Shown in pieces: positions 43,612 through 55,152 of a stretch of DNA of 64,000 nt. Source of the DNA: a virus. Its lineage: Duplodnaviria > Heunggongvirae > Uroviricota > Caudoviricetes. How positions within the stretch are numbered: the stretch's first letter is position 1; every line of letters starts with the position of its first letter. The DNA is taken from IMG/VR virus record IMGVR_UViG_2913112809_000002. The stretch is one strand, 5' to 3'. Under the pieces are notes generated by a model, which saw only the letters and a list, made by a program, of their open reading frames with translations, was not told the DNA's origin and did not search any database. A program made the position numbers and the translations under genes.

Positions 43612-46600
43612 ATGGGTAAAGGCAGCAGTAAGGGGCATACCCCGCGCGAAGCAAAGGACAACCTGAAGTCCACGCAGTTGCTGAGTGTGATCGATGCCAT
43701 CAGCGAAGGGCCGATAGAAGGTCCGGTGGATGGATTAAAAAGCGTGCTGCTGAACAGTACACCGGTGCTGGACAGTGAGGGAAATACCAACATCTCCGGC
43801 GTCACGGTGGTGTTCCGGGCAGGTGAGCAGGAACAGACACCGCCGGAGGGTTTTGAATCCTCCGGATCCGAGACGGTGCTGGGTACGGAAGTGAAATACG
43901 ACACGCCGATCACCCGGACCATCACGTCGGCAAACATCGACCGTCTGCGCTTTACCTTCGGTGTGCAGGCACTGGTGGAAACCACCTCAAAGGGGGACCG
44001 GAATCCGTCGGAAGTCCGCCTGCTGATTCAGATACAACGTAACGGTGGCTGGGTGACGGAAAAAGACATCACCATTAAGGGCAAAACCACCTCGCAGTAT
44101 CTGGCCTCGGTGGTGGTGGGTAACCTGCCGCCGCGCCCGTTCAACATCCGGATGCGCAGGATGACACCGGACAGCACCACAGACCAGCTGCAGAACAAAA
44201 CGCTCTGGTCGTCATACACCGAAATCATCGATGTGAAACAGTGCTACCCGAACACGGCACTGGTCGGCGTGCAGGTGGATTCGGAGCAGTTCGGCAGCCA
44301 GCAGGTGAGCCGTAATTATCATCTTCGCGGGCGCATTCTGCAGGTGCCGTCGAACTATAACCCGCAGACGCGGCAATACAGCGGTATCTGGGACGGAACG
44401 TTTAAGCCAGCATACAGCGACAATATGGCCTGGTGTCTGTGGGATATGCTGACCCACCCGCGCTACGGCATGGGGAAACGTCTTGGTGCGGCGGATGTGG
44501 ATAAATGGGCGCTGTATGTCATCGGCCAGTACTGCGACCAGTCTGTACCGAATGGTTTTGGTGGCACGGAGCCGCGTATCACCTGTAATGCCTACCTGAC
44601 CACACAGCGTAAGGCGTGGGATGTGCTCAGTGATTTCTGCTCGGCGATGCGCTGTATGCCGGTATGGAACGGGCAGACGCTGACGTTCGTGCAGGACCGA
44701 CCGTCGGATAAGGTGTGGACCTATAACCGCAGTAATGTGGTGACGCCGGATGATGGCGCGCCGTTCCGCTACAGCTTCAGCGCCCTGAAGGACCGCCATA
44801 ATGCCGTTGAGGTGAACTGGATTGACCCGAATAACGGCTGGGAGACAGCGACAGAGCTTGTGGAGGACACGCAGGCCATTGCCCGTTACGGTCGTAACGT
44901 CACGAAGATGGATGCCTTTGGCTGTACCAGTCGGGGGCAGGCGCACCGCGCCGGGCTGTGGCTGATTAAAACGGAGCTGCTGGAAACGCAGACCGTGGAC
45001 TTCAGCGTGGGCGCAGAAGGGCTTCGCCATGTACCGGGCGATGTCATTGAAATCTGTGATGATGACTATGCGGGGATCAGCATCGGCGGGCGTGTGCTGG
45101 CGGTGAACAGCCAGACCCGGACGCTGACGCTCGACCGTGAAATCACGCTGCCATCCTCCGGCACCACGCTGATAAGCCTGGTTGACGGGCAGGGGAATCC
45201 GGTCAGCGTGGAGGTCCAGTCCGTCACCGACGGCGTGAAGGTGAAAGTGAGCCGGGTTCCTGACGGCGTTGCCGAGTACAGCGTGTGGGGGCTGAAGCTG
45301 CCGACGCTGCGCCAGCGCCTGTTCCGCTGCGTGAGTATCCGTGAGAATGACGACGGCACGTATGCCATCACCGCTGTGCAGCATGTGCCGGAGAAAGAGG
45401 CCATCGTGGATAACGGGGCGCACTTTGACGGCGACCAGAGCGGCACGGTGAATGGTGTCACGCCGCCAGCGGTGCAGCACCTGACCGCAGAAGTCACCGC
45501 AGACAGCGGGGAATACCAGGTGCTGGCGCGCTGGGATACGCCGAAGGTGGTGAGGGGGGTGAGCTTTATGCTTCGCCTGACCGTGGCAGCGGATGACGGC
45601 AGTGAGCGGCTGGTCAGCACGGCCAGGACGACGGAAACCACATACCGCTTCACGCAACTGGCGCTGGGAAATTACAGGCTGACAGTCCGGGCGGTAAATG
45701 CGTGGGGACAGCAGGGCGATCCGGCATCGGTATCGTTCCGGATTGCCGCACCGGCAGCACCGTCGCGGATTGAGCTGACGCCGGGCTATTTTCAGATAAC
45801 CGCCACGCCGCATCTTGCGGTTTATGACCCGACGGTACAGTTTGAGTTCTGGTTCTCGGAAAAGCGGATTGCGGATATCAGGCAGGTTGAAACCACAGCA
45901 CGCTATCTTGGTACGGCGCTGTACTGGATAGCCGCCAGTATCAATATTAAGCCGGGCCATGATTATTATTTTTATATCCGCAGTGTGAATACTGTTGGTA
46001 AATCGGCATTCGTGGAGGCTGTCGGTCGGGCGAGCGATGATGCGGAAGGTTACCTGGATTTTTTCAAAGGCCAGATAACCGAATCCCATCTCGGCAAGGA
46101 GCTGCTGGAAAAAGTCGAGCTGACGGAGGATAACGCCAGCAAACTGGAGGAGTTTTCGAAAGAGTGGAAGGACGCCAACGATAAATGGAATGCCATGTGG
46201 GGCGTCAAAATTGAGCAGACCGAAGACGGCAAACATTATGTCGCGGGGCTTGGCCTCAGCATGGAGGATACAGAGGAAGGCAAACTGAGCCAGTTCCTGG
46301 TTGCCGCTAACCGTATCGCGTTTATTGATCCGTCCAGTGGCAACACGAAACCGATGTTTGTGGCGCAGGGCAACCAGATATTCATGAACGAAGTGTTTCT
46401 GAAATATCTGACGGCTCCCACCATTACCAGCGGCGGTAATCCTCCGTCATTTTCCCTTACACCGGACGGGCGGCTGACGGCGAGAAATGCCGATATCAGC
46501 GGTAACGTGAATGCGAACTCCGGGACGCTCAATAATGTCACGGTAAATGAAAACTGTACGATTAAGGGCATGCTGGAGGCGAACCAGGTCAGAGGTGACT

Positions 46601-47025
46601 TCGTTAAAACTGTATCCAAATCATTCCCGAAACAGGCTGGTACGTGGGGTAACACGGAAACACCAGGCGGGACGGTTACAGTCACCATTTACGATGATCA
46701 TAACTTTGACCGCCAGATTATTATTCCGCCCATTATTTTTAACGGTGTGGCGTATGACGATCCGGGGAGCGGTAATAAACCGGGAGGTACGCGATACACG
46801 GGTTATGGTTTTGAAGTTCGCAAAAACGGCGTATTAATCGCATCCAGAGAAACTAAAGGAGCCATTCCCGGTAGTTACAGTGCGGTTATTGATATGCCGA
46901 GTGGTGGTGGTAGCGTCACTCTGGAGTTTAAGATTTTCCAGAAAGGCAATCGGGGCGCAGGTAACATCACAGACTGTACGGTGATTGTGACCAAAAAAGC
47001 TGCTTCCGGTATCAGTATCCGTTGA
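43612..47025 (+). CDS. J: Central tail fibre / host specificity protein J
   Basis: 1137 aa lambda gpJ-like. Confidence 0.95.
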   Translation: MGKGSSKGHTPREAKDNLKSTQLLSVIDAISEGPIEGPVDGLKSVLLNSTPVLDSEGNTNISGVTVVFRAGEQEQTPPEGFESSGSETVLGTEVKYDTPITRTITSANIDRLRFTFGVQALVETTSKGDRNPSEVRLLIQIQRNGGWVTEKDITIKGKTTSQYLASVVVGNLPPRPFNIRMRRMTPDSTTDQLQNKTLWSSYTEIIDVKQCYPNTALVGVQVDSEQFGSQQVSRNYHLRGRILQVPSNYNPQTRQYSGIWDGTFKPAYSDNMAWCLWDMLTHPRYGMGKRLGAADVDKWALYVIGQYCDQSVPNGFGGTEPRITCNAYLTTQRKAWDVLSDFCSAMRCMPVWNGQTLTFVQDRPSDKVWTYNRSNVVTPDDGAPFRYSFSALKDRHNAVEVNWIDPNNGWETATELVEDTQAIARYGRNVTKMDAFGCTSRGQAHRAGLWLIKTELLETQTVDFSVGAEGLRHVPGDVIEICDDDYAGISIGGRVLAVNSQTRTLTLDREITLPSSGTTLISLVDGQGNPVSVEVQSVTDGVKVKVSRVPDGVAEYSVWGLKLPTLRQRLFRCVSIRENDDGTYAITAVQHVPEKEAIVDNGAHFDGDQSGTVNGVTPPAVQHLTAEVTADSGEYQVLARWDTPKVVRGVSFMLRLTVAADDGSERLVSTARTTETTYRFTQLALGNYRLTVRAVNAWGQQGDPASVSFRIAAPAAPSRIELTPGYFQITATPHLAVYDPTVQFEFWFSEKRIADIRQVETTARYLGTALYWIAASINIKPGHDYYFYIRSVNTVGKSAFVEAVGRASDDAEGYLDFFKGQITESHLGKELLEKVELTEDNASKLEEFSKEWKDANDKWNAMWGVKIEQTEDGKHYVAGLGLSMEDTEEGKLSQFLVAANRIAFIDPSSGNTKPMFVAQGNQIFMNEVFLKYLTAPTITSGGNPPSFSLTPDGRLTARNADISGNVNANSGTLNNVTVNENCTIKGMLEANQVRGDFVKTVSKSFPKQAGTWGNTETPGGTVTVTIYDDHNFDRQIIIPPIIFNGVAYDDPGSGNKPGGTRYTGYGFEVRKNGVLIASRETKGAIPGSYSAVIDMPSGGGSVTLEFKIFQKGNRGAGNITDCTVIVTKKAASGISIR

Positions 47026-47045
47026 AATATTTATAACCCAAATAC

Positions 47046-47071
47046 GGGCGCCAGAAATGGCGCCTTTTTTA
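47046..47071 (+). terminator. Intrinsic terminator after J
   Basis: ggcgcc-agaaat-ggcgcc hairpin followed by T6. Confidence 0.5.
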
Positions 47072-47094
47072 TTGCAGAAAAGCGAGAGGTAATT

Positions 47095-47694
47095 ATGCGT
47101 AAATTATGTGCTGTTATTCTGTCTGCAGTAGTCTGGCTGGTCGCCGCTGGTACGCCAGCGAGTGCAGCAGAGCATCAGTCCACACTAAGCGGAGGGTATC
47201 TTCAGTCCCATACTGATATGCCCGGCAACGATGACCTGAAGGGCATTAACGTGAAATACCGTTATGAATTTACGGACACGCTGGGGCTGGTGACGTCATT
47301 CAGCTATGCAGGAGACAAGAATCGCCAGATTACCCGTTACAGCGATACCCGCTGGCATGAAGATTCAGTGCGTAACCGCTGGTTCAGCGTGATGGCGGGG
47401 CCGTCTGTACGCGTGAATGAATGGTTCAGTGCTTATGCGATGGCGGGTGTGGCTTACAGCCGTGTTTCGACCTTCTCCGGAGATTATCTCCGCGTAACTG
47501 ATAACAAGGGGAAAACGCACGATGTGCTGACCGGAAGTGATGACGGTCGCCACAGCAACACGTCTCTGGCGTGGGGGGCTGGCGTGCAGTTTAACCCGAC
47601 CGAATCCGTGGCCATTGATATTGCTTATGAAGGTTCCGGCAGTGGCGACTGGCGTACTGACGGTTTCATCGTGGGTGTCGGTTATAAATTCTGA
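47095..47694 (+). CDS. lom: Outer membrane protein Lom (Ail/Lom family, lysogenic conversion)
   Basis: 199 aa with signal peptide and beta-barrel-like alternating pattern, C-terminal ...GVGYKF. Confidence 0.85.
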   Translation: MRKLCAVILSAVVWLVAAGTPASAAEHQSTLSGGYLQSHTDMPGNDDLKGINVKYRYEFTDTLGLVTSFSYAGDKNRQITRYSDTRWHEDSVRNRWFSVMAGPSVRVNEWFSAYAMAGVAYSRVSTFSGDYLRVTDNKGKTHDVLTGSDDGRHSNTSLAWGAGVQFNPTESVAIDIAYEGSGSGDWRTDGFIVGVGYKF

Positions 47695-47720
47695 TTAGCC
47701 AGGTAACACAGTGTTATGAC

Positions 47721-47748
47721 AGCCCGCCGGTTCAGGCGGGCTTTTTTG
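47721..47748 (+). terminator. Intrinsic terminator after lom
   Basis: agcccgcc-ggttcag-gcgggct followed by T6. Confidence 0.55.
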
Positions 47749-47752
47749 TGGA

Positions 47753-50158
47753 GTGGATATGGCAGCGGTAAAAATCTCAGGTGTACTGAAAGATGGTGCG
47801 GGAAAACCAATACAGAACTGCACTATTCAACTGAAGGCAAAGCGTAACAGCACCACGGTACTGGTGAACACGGTGGCCTCTGAAAATCCGGATGAAGCCG
47901 GGCGTTACAGCATGGATGTTGAGCATGGCCAGTACAGCGTCACCCTGCTGGTTGAAGGTTTTCCGCCTTCACATGCCGGGACCATTACCGTCTATGAAGG
48001 TTCCAGACCAGGTACGCTGAATGATTTTCTCGGTGCCATGACGGAAGATGATGTCATGCCGGAGGCATTGCGTCGTTTTGAGGAAATGGTGGAAGAAGCG
48101 GCACGCAACGCTGAAGCCGCCTCTCAGAGCGCAGCGGCGGCAAAGAAATCCGAAACTGCAGCGGCATCATCGAAGAACGCGGCGAAAACCTCAGAAACGA
48201 ATGCAGCTAACAGCGCACAGGCGGCAGCGTCCTCGCAGACTGCATCGGCAAACTCCGCGACAGCAGCCAAAAAATCAGAAACCAACGCGAAAAACAGCGA
48301 GACAGCCGCAAAAACGAGTGAAACCAACGCAAAGTCCAGCCAGACGGCAGCGAAAACCAGCGAAACGAATGCCAAAGCCAGTGAAACTGCGGCGAAAAGC
48401 AGTCAGGATGCAGCAGCTGAAAGCGAGAGTGCGGCGGCCGGTTCTGCGACTTCAGCAGCCGGATCAGCAACTGCTGCGGCTAACAGTCAGAAAGCAGCGA
48501 AGACGAGTGAAACTAACGCAAAGTCCAGCCAGACGGCAGCGAAGACCAGCGAAACGAATGCCAAAGCCAGCGAAACTGCGGCGAAAAATAGCCAGAACGC
48601 AGCAGCCGAAAGCGAAAGTGCCGCAGCCGGTTCTGCAAGTGCGGCGGCTACTTCTGCCACTGCATCAGCCAACAGCCAAAAAGCAGCAAAAACCTGTGAA
48701 ACCAACGCAAAGGCGAGCGAAACAGCGGCTGCGAACTCGGCGAAAGCATCGGCAGCAAGCCAGACGGCAGCTAAAGCAAGTGAAGACGCCGCCAGAGAGT
48801 ATGCAAGCCAGGCAGCAGAGCCGTATAAATATGTCTTACAGCCGCTGCCTGATGTGTGGATACCGTTTAACGATTCGCTGGATATGATTACGGGTTTTTC
48901 GCCATCATATAAAAAGATTGTTATTGGTGATGATGAAATAACGATGCCTGGCGATAAGGTTGTAAAGTTTAAACGCGCATCGAAAGCAACCTATATTAAT
49001 AAATCTGGTGTGCTGACAGAGGCTGCCATTGACGAGCCACGATTTGAACGTGATGGCCTGCTTATTGAGGGGCAAAGAACAAACTACATGCTCAATTCGG
49101 AAAACCCTGCCAGTTGGGGGCGATCGTCAAATATGGATGTTCCCGAAACCGGGAAGGACAGTTTTGGTTTTACCTATGGAAAGTTCGTCTGTAACGATTC
49201 TCTGATTGGGCAAACCTCAGCCATTAATATGGCATCAATTGCTGCAACAAAGTCAGTTGATGTATCAGGCGATAATAAATACGTGACAACCTCATGTCGT
49301 TTTAAAACAGAACTGCAGGTAAGGTTGCGTATCCGGTTTGATAAATATGACGGTAGCGCAACAACTTTTCTTGGTGATGCGTATATTGATACACAAACGC
49401 TTGAAATTAATATGACAGGCGGTGCTGCCTCAAGGATTACAGCGAGAGTCAGAAAGGACGAAGCTACCGGATGGATTTTTGCAGAGGCAACAATTCAGGC
49501 AATTGATGGGGAGTTAAAAATAGGTTCTCAGATACAGTATTCTCCTAAGCAGGGCGGGGCAACCGTATCTGGTGACTATATTTATCTGGCCACCCCACAA
49601 GTAGAAAATGGGCCTTGTGTATCATCTTTTATTATATCAGGAACGACGGCGGCGACTCGTGCGAGTGATATGGTTACGATCCCGACCGAAAACAACATTT
49701 ATAACAGACCGCTTACTTGTTTGGTCGAGGTTAACAGGAATTGGGGCGATATTCCCCCTAATGTAGCACCGCGTATTTTTGATTTTTCTGGTGTGCCGCC
49801 TATTGAGTCAATCACATACGCTTTTAACACAACCGAGAAATATTACGGTCAGCTTTATATGCAAACTTATAAAGCGTCGACAAGTAGTTACGTTTCTAGT
49901 TTGTTTACTGGTCGAACTGATGTTCGAAAATTCGTTGGTGGTTTTAATATTTATTCTGATGGTACTAAACGAGTAGTTTCTAACGGTGAGGCTACTAAAA
50001 CTATGAAAACGGAGTGGACGGGCGTAAAAACACGGACCTTTATTCGAATTGGATGTCAAGCCACATCTGGAACTCGTCATCTATTCGGCCATTTGAGAAA
50101 TCTTCGTCTCTGGCATAAAGAATTAACTGATGCGCAAATGGGGGAGAGTATTAAATGA
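47753..50158 (+). CDS. stf: Side tail fibre protein Stf with internal Ala/Ser-rich tandem repeats
   Basis: 801 aa; repeated AAKTSETNAKSSQTAAKTSETNAKASETAAK units. Confidence 0.85.
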   Translation: MDMAAVKISGVLKDGAGKPIQNCTIQLKAKRNSTTVLVNTVASENPDEAGRYSMDVEHGQYSVTLLVEGFPPSHAGTITVYEGSRPGTLNDFLGAMTEDDVMPEALRRFEEMVEEAARNAEAASQSAAAAKKSETAAASSKNAAKTSETNAANSAQAAASSQTASANSATAAKKSETNAKNSETAAKTSETNAKSSQTAAKTSETNAKASETAAKSSQDAAAESESAAAGSATSAAGSATAAANSQKAAKTSETNAKSSQTAAKTSETNAKASETAAKNSQNAAAESESAAAGSASAAATSATASANSQKAAKTCETNAKASETAAANSAKASAASQTAAKASEDAAREYASQAAEPYKYVLQPLPDVWIPFNDSLDMITGFSPSYKKIVIGDDEITMPGDKVVKFKRASKATYINKSGVLTEAAIDEPRFERDGLLIEGQRTNYMLNSENPASWGRSSNMDVPETGKDSFGFTYGKFVCNDSLIGQTSAINMASIAATKSVDVSGDNKYVTTSCRFKTELQVRLRIRFDKYDGSATTFLGDAYIDTQTLEINMTGGAASRITARVRKDEATGWIFAEATIQAIDGELKIGSQIQYSPKQGGATVSGDYIYLATPQVENGPCVSSFIISGTTAATRASDMVTIPTENNIYNRPLTCLVEVNRNWGDIPPNVAPRIFDFSGVPPIESITYAFNTTEKYYGQLYMQTYKASTSSYVSSLFTGRTDVRKFVGGFNIYSDGTKRVVSNGEATKTMKTEWTGVKTRTFIRIGCQATSGTRHLFGHLRNLRLWHKELTDAQMGESIK

Positions 50159-50436
50159 AAGATTTAACACTTAAATTTTCTGACAGGGCCGACTTTTCGG
50201 CCTTTATGGATAGCACTGGCTATTATGATGACGAGTCGATGCAGGATGATATTCTTATTGACGTGGTAGGTAACGTGTACAAAGAAACCGGAGAACTGAC
50301 TGAAGATGGCGAACCGGTATGTGTTAAGGAAGACGGATATTTTGTAAACGTGCGCATCATTAATGATGTGAAAACACCGTCAATATTCGATGAATACGTG
50401 GTTGCTGTTGAGCATCAACTTCGTGGCTGGATGTGA
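50155..50436 (+). CDS. Hypothetical acidic protein between tail fibre genes
   Basis: 93-aa ORF overlapping stf stop. Confidence 0.4.
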   Translation: MKDLTLKFSDRADFSAFMDSTGYYDDESMQDDILIDVVGNVYKETGELTEDGEPVCVKEDGYFVNVRIINDVKTPSIFDEYVVAVEHQLRGWM

Positions 50437-50445
50437 GGAAGAATA

Positions 50446-51486
50446 ATGGCTACATCGACAGTAATTCCTGATGACATCAAAACGCTAAAATCCGATGTTA
50501 GCAAATTAAAAAACGAACAAGGAAGCTACGCAACAAAATCATATGTAGACAGCAAAAATGAAACCGTTGGTGACTGGTCTGCTGCATGGTATCAGCAGGT
50601 ATTGCCAACTAGCGGGGCTATATTTGGGCGAAAACTTCGCTCAACTCACAGGACGGCAGGTGTTGAGGATGCGTATTGCGAACTATACCTTAAAAAATGG
50701 ATAGACAGCCCAGGGAACGCAATGGCGCGCCTTAACCTGAACGATAACGGGACAAACATTTGCTGGGACTTTACCAACCTTTATGGCGGTACGATGATTT
50801 TTCCCGGTGATAGCGGATACCTCAAAATGGGTAACTGCCTTATGTCATACGGCAGGCGTGGAAGTAACGCGCTTATTAAATTTGATTACACCGACACATT
50901 ACAGATCAAATATGCCAATCATGGGTCAACCATGACATTAAACACACAGGGGACCGCTCATTCTGGCGCTACTACTAGTTTGTGGGGTAACTCTACCCGT
51001 CCGGTTGTATATGAAGTTGGTGCTGATGGTGGCGCGTATATGTTCTATGCGCAGAAAAATACCGATAACACCTATATGTTAAGCGTTAATGGTGCATGTC
51101 ATGCCACCGCATTTAACCAGCATTCCGACCGGGATCTGAAAGACAACATTCAGGTGATCGATAATGCAACCGACCGCATCCGTAAAATGAACGGCTATAC
51201 ATACACGCTTAAAGAAAACGGCATACCCTATGCTGGTGTCATTGCACAGGAAGCACTGGAAGCAATCCCAGAAGTTGTAGGTTCCGCAATGAAATATCAG
51301 GACGGTGCAAGCGGATCGGAAGGTGAAGAAGGTGAACGTTATTACACAGTAGATTATTCTGGTGTTACTGGCTTGCTTGTTCAGGTAGCCAGAGAGTCAG
51401 ACGACAGAATAACAGCACTGGAAGAAGAAAACATAGAATTAAAACAAAGATTATCTGCAATTGAGGCGGCGCTTGCGTCTAAATAA
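50446..51486 (+). CDS. Tail fibre/tailspike-like protein with C-terminal S74-type intramolecular chaperone domain
   Basis: C-terminal ...[52 protein letters not shown]... Confidence 0.55.
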   Translation: MATSTVIPDDIKTLKSDVSKLKNEQGSYATKSYVDSKNETVGDWSAAWYQQVLPTSGAIFGRKLRSTHRTAGVEDAYCELYLKKWIDSPGNAMARLNLNDNGTNICWDFTNLYGGTMIFPGDSGYLKMGNCLMSYGRRGSNALIKFDYTDTLQIKYANHGSTMTLNTQGTAHSGATTSLWGNSTRPVVYEVGADGGAYMFYAQKNTDNTYMLSVNGACHATAFNQHSDRDLKDNIQVIDNATDRIRKMNGYTYTLKENGIPYAGVIAQEALEAIPEVVGSAMKYQDGASGSEGEEGERYYTVDYSGVTGLLVQVARESDDRITALEEENIELKQRLSAIEAALASK

Positions 51487-51500
51487 TATTAAGGGGCCGT

Positions 51501-52928
51501 GTGTCCCGCTATAGTATTCTGGAGTATAAAGTGTCAGTTTTAATATCTGGTGAATTATTGGATGGTTCCGGTAGTCCAATGTCTGATTTTCGGATAATTA
51601 TAAAGGCGAAAGTAAATACGTATGCGGTGCTACAGAAAACCACATTTGATATCTTAACTAATGAAGCTGGTGAATATTCGTTTAATATTCAAACCGGAAA
51701 GTACAGCGTTTATTTAAAGCAGGGCTGGCATGATCAGTATTACGTCGGTGACATTGTTGTATTTGATGATTCAAAGCCTGGCACGCTGAACGACTTCCTG
51801 ACCGCTCTCGATGAAGGCGACCTGAAACCGGATGTAGTGAAACGTTTTGAGGAAATTGCGGATACGGTCAACCGTCTCTCTGAACAGGTGAGCAGTGACA
51901 GGGAGAAAGCAGAAGCGGCCGCTGATGCTGCAAAAAACGCAGCAACCACAGCTCTGGACAATAAAAATAAGGCGGAGGAATTTAAAGAACAATCACGGAA
52001 GAATGCCGAAATCGCTGCGGGATGCGCGCAAAGTGCCGGACAGCACGCTTCGGATGCTGCACAAACTGAAAAGCAGGTGGGAATCCTGGCGACAGATATT
52101 CGACAGAATGCAGGCGATGTTTATCAGAACGTACAGCATGTTGAGCGTCTGGCATCAGAAGTTGCGCAGAATGCCAGCCAGGTGCATCAGAATACCCTGA
52201 CAGTAACGGATGCAGCGCAGTCTGTGGAGCGGAATGCACAGCTGACAACGCAGTTAAGAAACGAAGCCGGTCGCTTTGCCGACGATTCCAGGAAAAGTTC
52301 AGAGGATGCAAAAGAGTACAGTGACAGTGCCAGAAAATTGGTCGATGAAATGAAATCTGTCAGTACTCATCCGGCAGGGATAGTTTTTGCATGGCCAGCG
52401 GATATTCCCCCGGAAGGATTTGCATTAATGCGGGGTCAGCCATTCGATAAATCTGCGTATCCACAACTGGCAACTGCATTTCCGTCAGGTGTAATACCTG
52501 ATATGCGAGGGTGGATAATAAAAGGCAAACCCGACGGGCGAGCTGTTCTGTCCCTTGAAGAGGACGGTGTTAAGCGGCACGAGCATACAGCAAAGGTGAT
52601 ACCGACGGATTTGGGTTCAAGGGAGACAAGTTCCTTTGATTATGGCTCTAAAAGCACAGAGTCAGGTGGAGAGCATAATCATATTGTTAATGGTGTGTGG
52701 GCTGGAACAACAACAAGGAACGGTGGAACAAAATGGGATACGCCAGGATATATAGCGGATATAACAACCAGCAGTGGCGGTACACATGCACATCGTACCA
52801 ATATAGGCCCACACGCCCATACCGTGGTGCTGGGTGAACATGGTCATGATGTTATGGTTGATGAGACGGGTAATGCAGAAAATACAGTTAAAAATATCGC
52901 GTTTAACTTCATTGTGAGGCTGGCATGA
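51501..52928 (+). CDS. Second Stf-like side tail fibre protein (divergent C-terminal domain)
   Basis: N-terminus resembles stf N-terminus (ISG.L.DG.G.P......I..KAK.N...VL, GTLNDFL). Confidence 0.55.
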   Translation: MSRYSILEYKVSVLISGELLDGSGSPMSDFRIIIKAKVNTYAVLQKTTFDILTNEAGEYSFNIQTGKYSVYLKQGWHDQYYVGDIVVFDDSKPGTLNDFLTALDEGDLKPDVVKRFEEIADTVNRLSEQVSSDREKAEAAADAAKNAATTALDNKNKAEEFKEQSRKNAEIAAGCAQSAGQHASDAAQTEKQVGILATDIRQNAGDVYQNVQHVERLASEVAQNASQVHQNTLTVTDAAQSVERNAQLTTQLRNEAGRFADDSRKSSEDAKEYSDSARKLVDEMKSVSTHPAGIVFAWPADIPPEGFALMRGQPFDKSAYPQLATAFPSGVIPDMRGWIIKGKPDGRAVLSLEEDGVKRHEHTAKVIPTDLGSRETSSFDYGSKSTESGGEHNHIVNGVWAGTTTRNGGTKWDTPGYIADITTSSGGTHAHRTNIGPHAHTVVLGEHGHDVMVDETGNAENTVKNIAFNFIVRLA

Positions 52929-53530
52929 CAAATTTCAAAATGAGTCCGGAATCCCGGACACTGAAAATTTATAACTTACGGGCTGATACAAAAGAGTATA
53001 TAGGCGCGGGAGATGTTTATATTCCACCGTATACAGGATTACCGGCGAACTGCACGCTTATCGAACCGCCAGAGGCTGGCCCCGGCCAGGTTGCCGTTTT
53101 CAACGATGCACAGCAACAGTGGGAAGTTGTTGAAGATCACCGTGGGAAAACGGTATATGACACAGCCACCGGGAAGACATTGTGCATTTCCCGTCCGGGG
53201 GCTTTGCCGGATGATATCACCACTTTACCGCCAGAGGGGGAATTCCATCGATGGGATGGTGCGAAATGGATAAAAGACGACGAGGCCGAAAGGGCGGCGA
53301 AAATTCGTGACGCTGAACGGGAGAAGCAAAAATTACTTCAGGAGATAATGGAAAAAACACAGCTGTGGCAAACGTGGCTGTCACTTGGGATTATCAGCGA
53401 AGCTGATAAAAAATCACTCAGGGAGTGGATGTTGTATGCCCAAAAAGTTGAAGCGACGGACACATCTGAATTACCTGTGAGATTTCCCGACAAACCGCTT
53501 ATTGCGGGTGAGCTATCCGGCACGGCGTAA
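52925..53530 (+). CDS. tfa: Tail fibre assembly protein Tfa
   Basis: 201 aa, N-terminal ...[29 protein letters not shown]...VAVFN...[15 protein letters not shown]. Confidence 0.8.
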   Translation: MTNFKMSPESRTLKIYNLRADTKEYIGAGDVYIPPYTGLPANCTLIEPPEAGPGQVAVFNDAQQQWEVVEDHRGKTVYDTATGKTLCISRPGALPDDITTLPPEGEFHRWDGAKWIKDDEAERAAKIRDAEREKQKLLQEIMEKTQLWQTWLSLGIISEADKKSLREWMLYAQKVEATDTSELPVRFPDKPLIAGELSGTA

Positions 53531-53568
53531 AAAACCAAAAGATAATCGCAGGTTTTAAAGGCTGAAAA

Positions 53569-53817
53569 TATACCAATTGGTATACCAAGTTTATACCAAG
53601 AGCCCAAAAGGCAAAGGGGCTACCATTTGGTAACCCCTTGATTATTTGGCGGAAGCGCAGAGATTCGAACTCTGGAACCCTTTCGGGTCGCCGGTTTTCA
53701 AGACCGAAGAAAAACAAAGGAAAATCAATATAATACGGAAAAGTGATTAAAAGATAATCAACTTTAACCTCTAGAAAAATCAGGCTATTAGGTGGTTTTC
53801 TGAGTTTTTATACCAAG
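53569..53817. other. att-like region: repeated TATACCAAG arm-type motifs flanking a tRNA-Ser 3' fragment
   Basis: tataccaa at 53569, tataccaag at 53581 and 53809, ataccaag at 53593; tRNA fragment 53647..53705 between them; integrase immediately adjacent. Confidence 0.5.
53647..53705 (-). other. 3' fragment of a tRNA-Ser-like gene (anticodon loop to CCA end), putative att core
   Basis: Minus strand reads GGTCTTGAAAACCGGCGACCCGAAAGGGTTCCAGAGTTCGAATCTCTGCGCTTCCGCCA; no matching 5' half. Confidence 0.6.
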
Positions 53818-53846
53818 TATTTTTGCGAAAAGATTTTCTGAATTGT

Positions 53847-54866
53847 CTATTTACTAACCACAAGTGGCAAGTCCAGTGTTGGTGTGACTTTTGTTTTTCG
53901 ATCATAAATCAACACCTGATTTTCTGTTTTATGCCCACTGAAAATTTGTTTGTCGCGACTGCTGCCTTCGTAATCTGAAATCCCTTTGGCTTTTATGTCA
54001 TGGAAGTTGCACCCAAACGGAACACCGGCTTTTTGCTCCGCTGCGCGTTTAGCCTGATTCCACCAGTTGTTCAGCGTTTTGGCTATAACTTTCCCACCTT
54101 TGGTTGTATTGATCACATACTCGCATGTGCCGGAAGTTACATTTCGGGCTAACTGGATCGCGGTACGTAATCGCGGAGACCATTCCTTAATTTGTTTAGC
54201 ACCAGTCTTGTTTTGCTCAATGTAAATTCCTTTATCCATAATATCCTGCCATTTTAGCTCGAGCACATCACCGAGCCTTGCCGCACAAAGATAGGATATC
54301 TCCATTGCAATACGTAACTGCGGAATTGCTTCCGCATATATCGCAGCATATTGTTCATCAGTGATGTAAACAGTACGAGCTTTAAGCGTGAATTTTCTGA
54401 CTCCTTTGCATGGATTATTTTTCACATACCCACGCTCATACCCCCATCCGTATACGCGACTCAGACTTGCCAGTTCATGGTTTGCCTGGGTTTTGCTCTC
54501 TAGTCCTCGTTTATCCATGAAAATTCTTACCTGTTCAATTTTTACATTATCAGCAAGCACTTTACCGAATACCGCCAGCAACGCTCTTTGATGTTGCCGA
54601 TAATCTTTTTGGGTTCGGGGGGCCAGTTCTGTAAATGCAGGGGAGTCCATAAACATGTGCCATAATTTAGCGACGGTCATTATGTTGTGGAGTTTTGCTT
54701 TTTCCAGTTCATAATTTTGCCAGACTTTAGCTACGCTGGTTTCCCGCACTCTTCCGAGCCCTATAGTTCTTGTGCTTCCTTCGGGTTTCCATACATAACT
54801 GTAACCATTCGACCTGACACGTGGTGGCAGTGCATTATCTTTTTTGTTTTTTCTTGGTCTTCCCAT
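53847..54866 (-). CDS. int: Tyrosine integrase (lambda Int family)
   Basis: 339 aa; C-terminal catalytic region ...FHDIKAKG...GHKTENQVLIYDRK; adjacent to att-like region. Confidence 0.85.
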   Translation of the reverse strand: MGRPRKNKKDNALPPRVRSNGYSYVWKPEGSTRTIGLGRVRETSVAKVWQNYELEKAKLHNIMTVAKLWHMFMDSPAFTELAPRTQKDYRQHQRALLAVFGKVLADNVKIEQVRIFMDKRGLESKTQANHELASLSRVYGWGYERGYVKNNPCKGVRKFTLKARTVYITDEQYAAIYAEAIPQLRIAMEISYLCAARLGDVLELKWQDIMDKGIYIEQNKTGAKQIKEWSPRLRTAIQLARNVTSGTCEYVINTTKGGKVIAKTLNNWWNQAKRAAEQKAGVPFGCNFHDIKAKGISDYEGSSRDKQIFSGHKTENQVLIYDRKTKVTPTLDLPLVVSK

Positions 54867-55086
54867 TGTTCAGCGCCTCAAAATCGGGTTCAGCAGAAAC
54901 CAGTTCAGATACTTTCGGCATCGCGGTCGTTCCACGTGGAACATCACTGCGAAGAACTATTGGTTCGTTTTTAGGACCGGTTACAAATGGGATGCCGTGC
55001 AACCTTAACTGGTGTTGCTGTTTTGTGTATCGTTCGTATCTCGTAAGCTCTCTAATCTCTGCTGGCGATAGAGTTAATTCGTACAT
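54835..55086 (-). CDS. Possible excisionase-like protein
   Basis: 83-aa ORF overlapping int start; assignment by position only. Confidence 0.3.
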   Translation of the reverse strand: MYELTLSPAEIRELTRYERYTKQQHQLRLHGIPFVTGPKNEPIVLRSDVPRGTTAMPKVSELVSAEPDFEALNNGKTKKKQKR

Positions 55087-55152
55087 GTGGTCACGTGCCT
55101 TACAGCATGACCGCCGCCACTATAGCTGGTGGACGGCGATCAGGGTTGAACA

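Noticed and set aside
44212-46236. 674-aa ORF on the minus strand
   Set aside because: Lies antisense inside the lambda-like J gene; Arg/Pro-rich translation typical of an open antisense frame in GC-rich coding DNA; no RBS
48250-48720. Possible CRISPR-like repeat array
   Set aside because: Repeats are in-frame coding tandem repeats of the side tail fibre with no unique spacers or cas genes; no CRISPR array seen anywhere in the window
48048-48887. 279-aa Arg/Lys/Gln-rich ORF on the plus strand
   Set aside because: Alternate frame of the tandem repeats inside stf; low-complexity translation produced by the repeat
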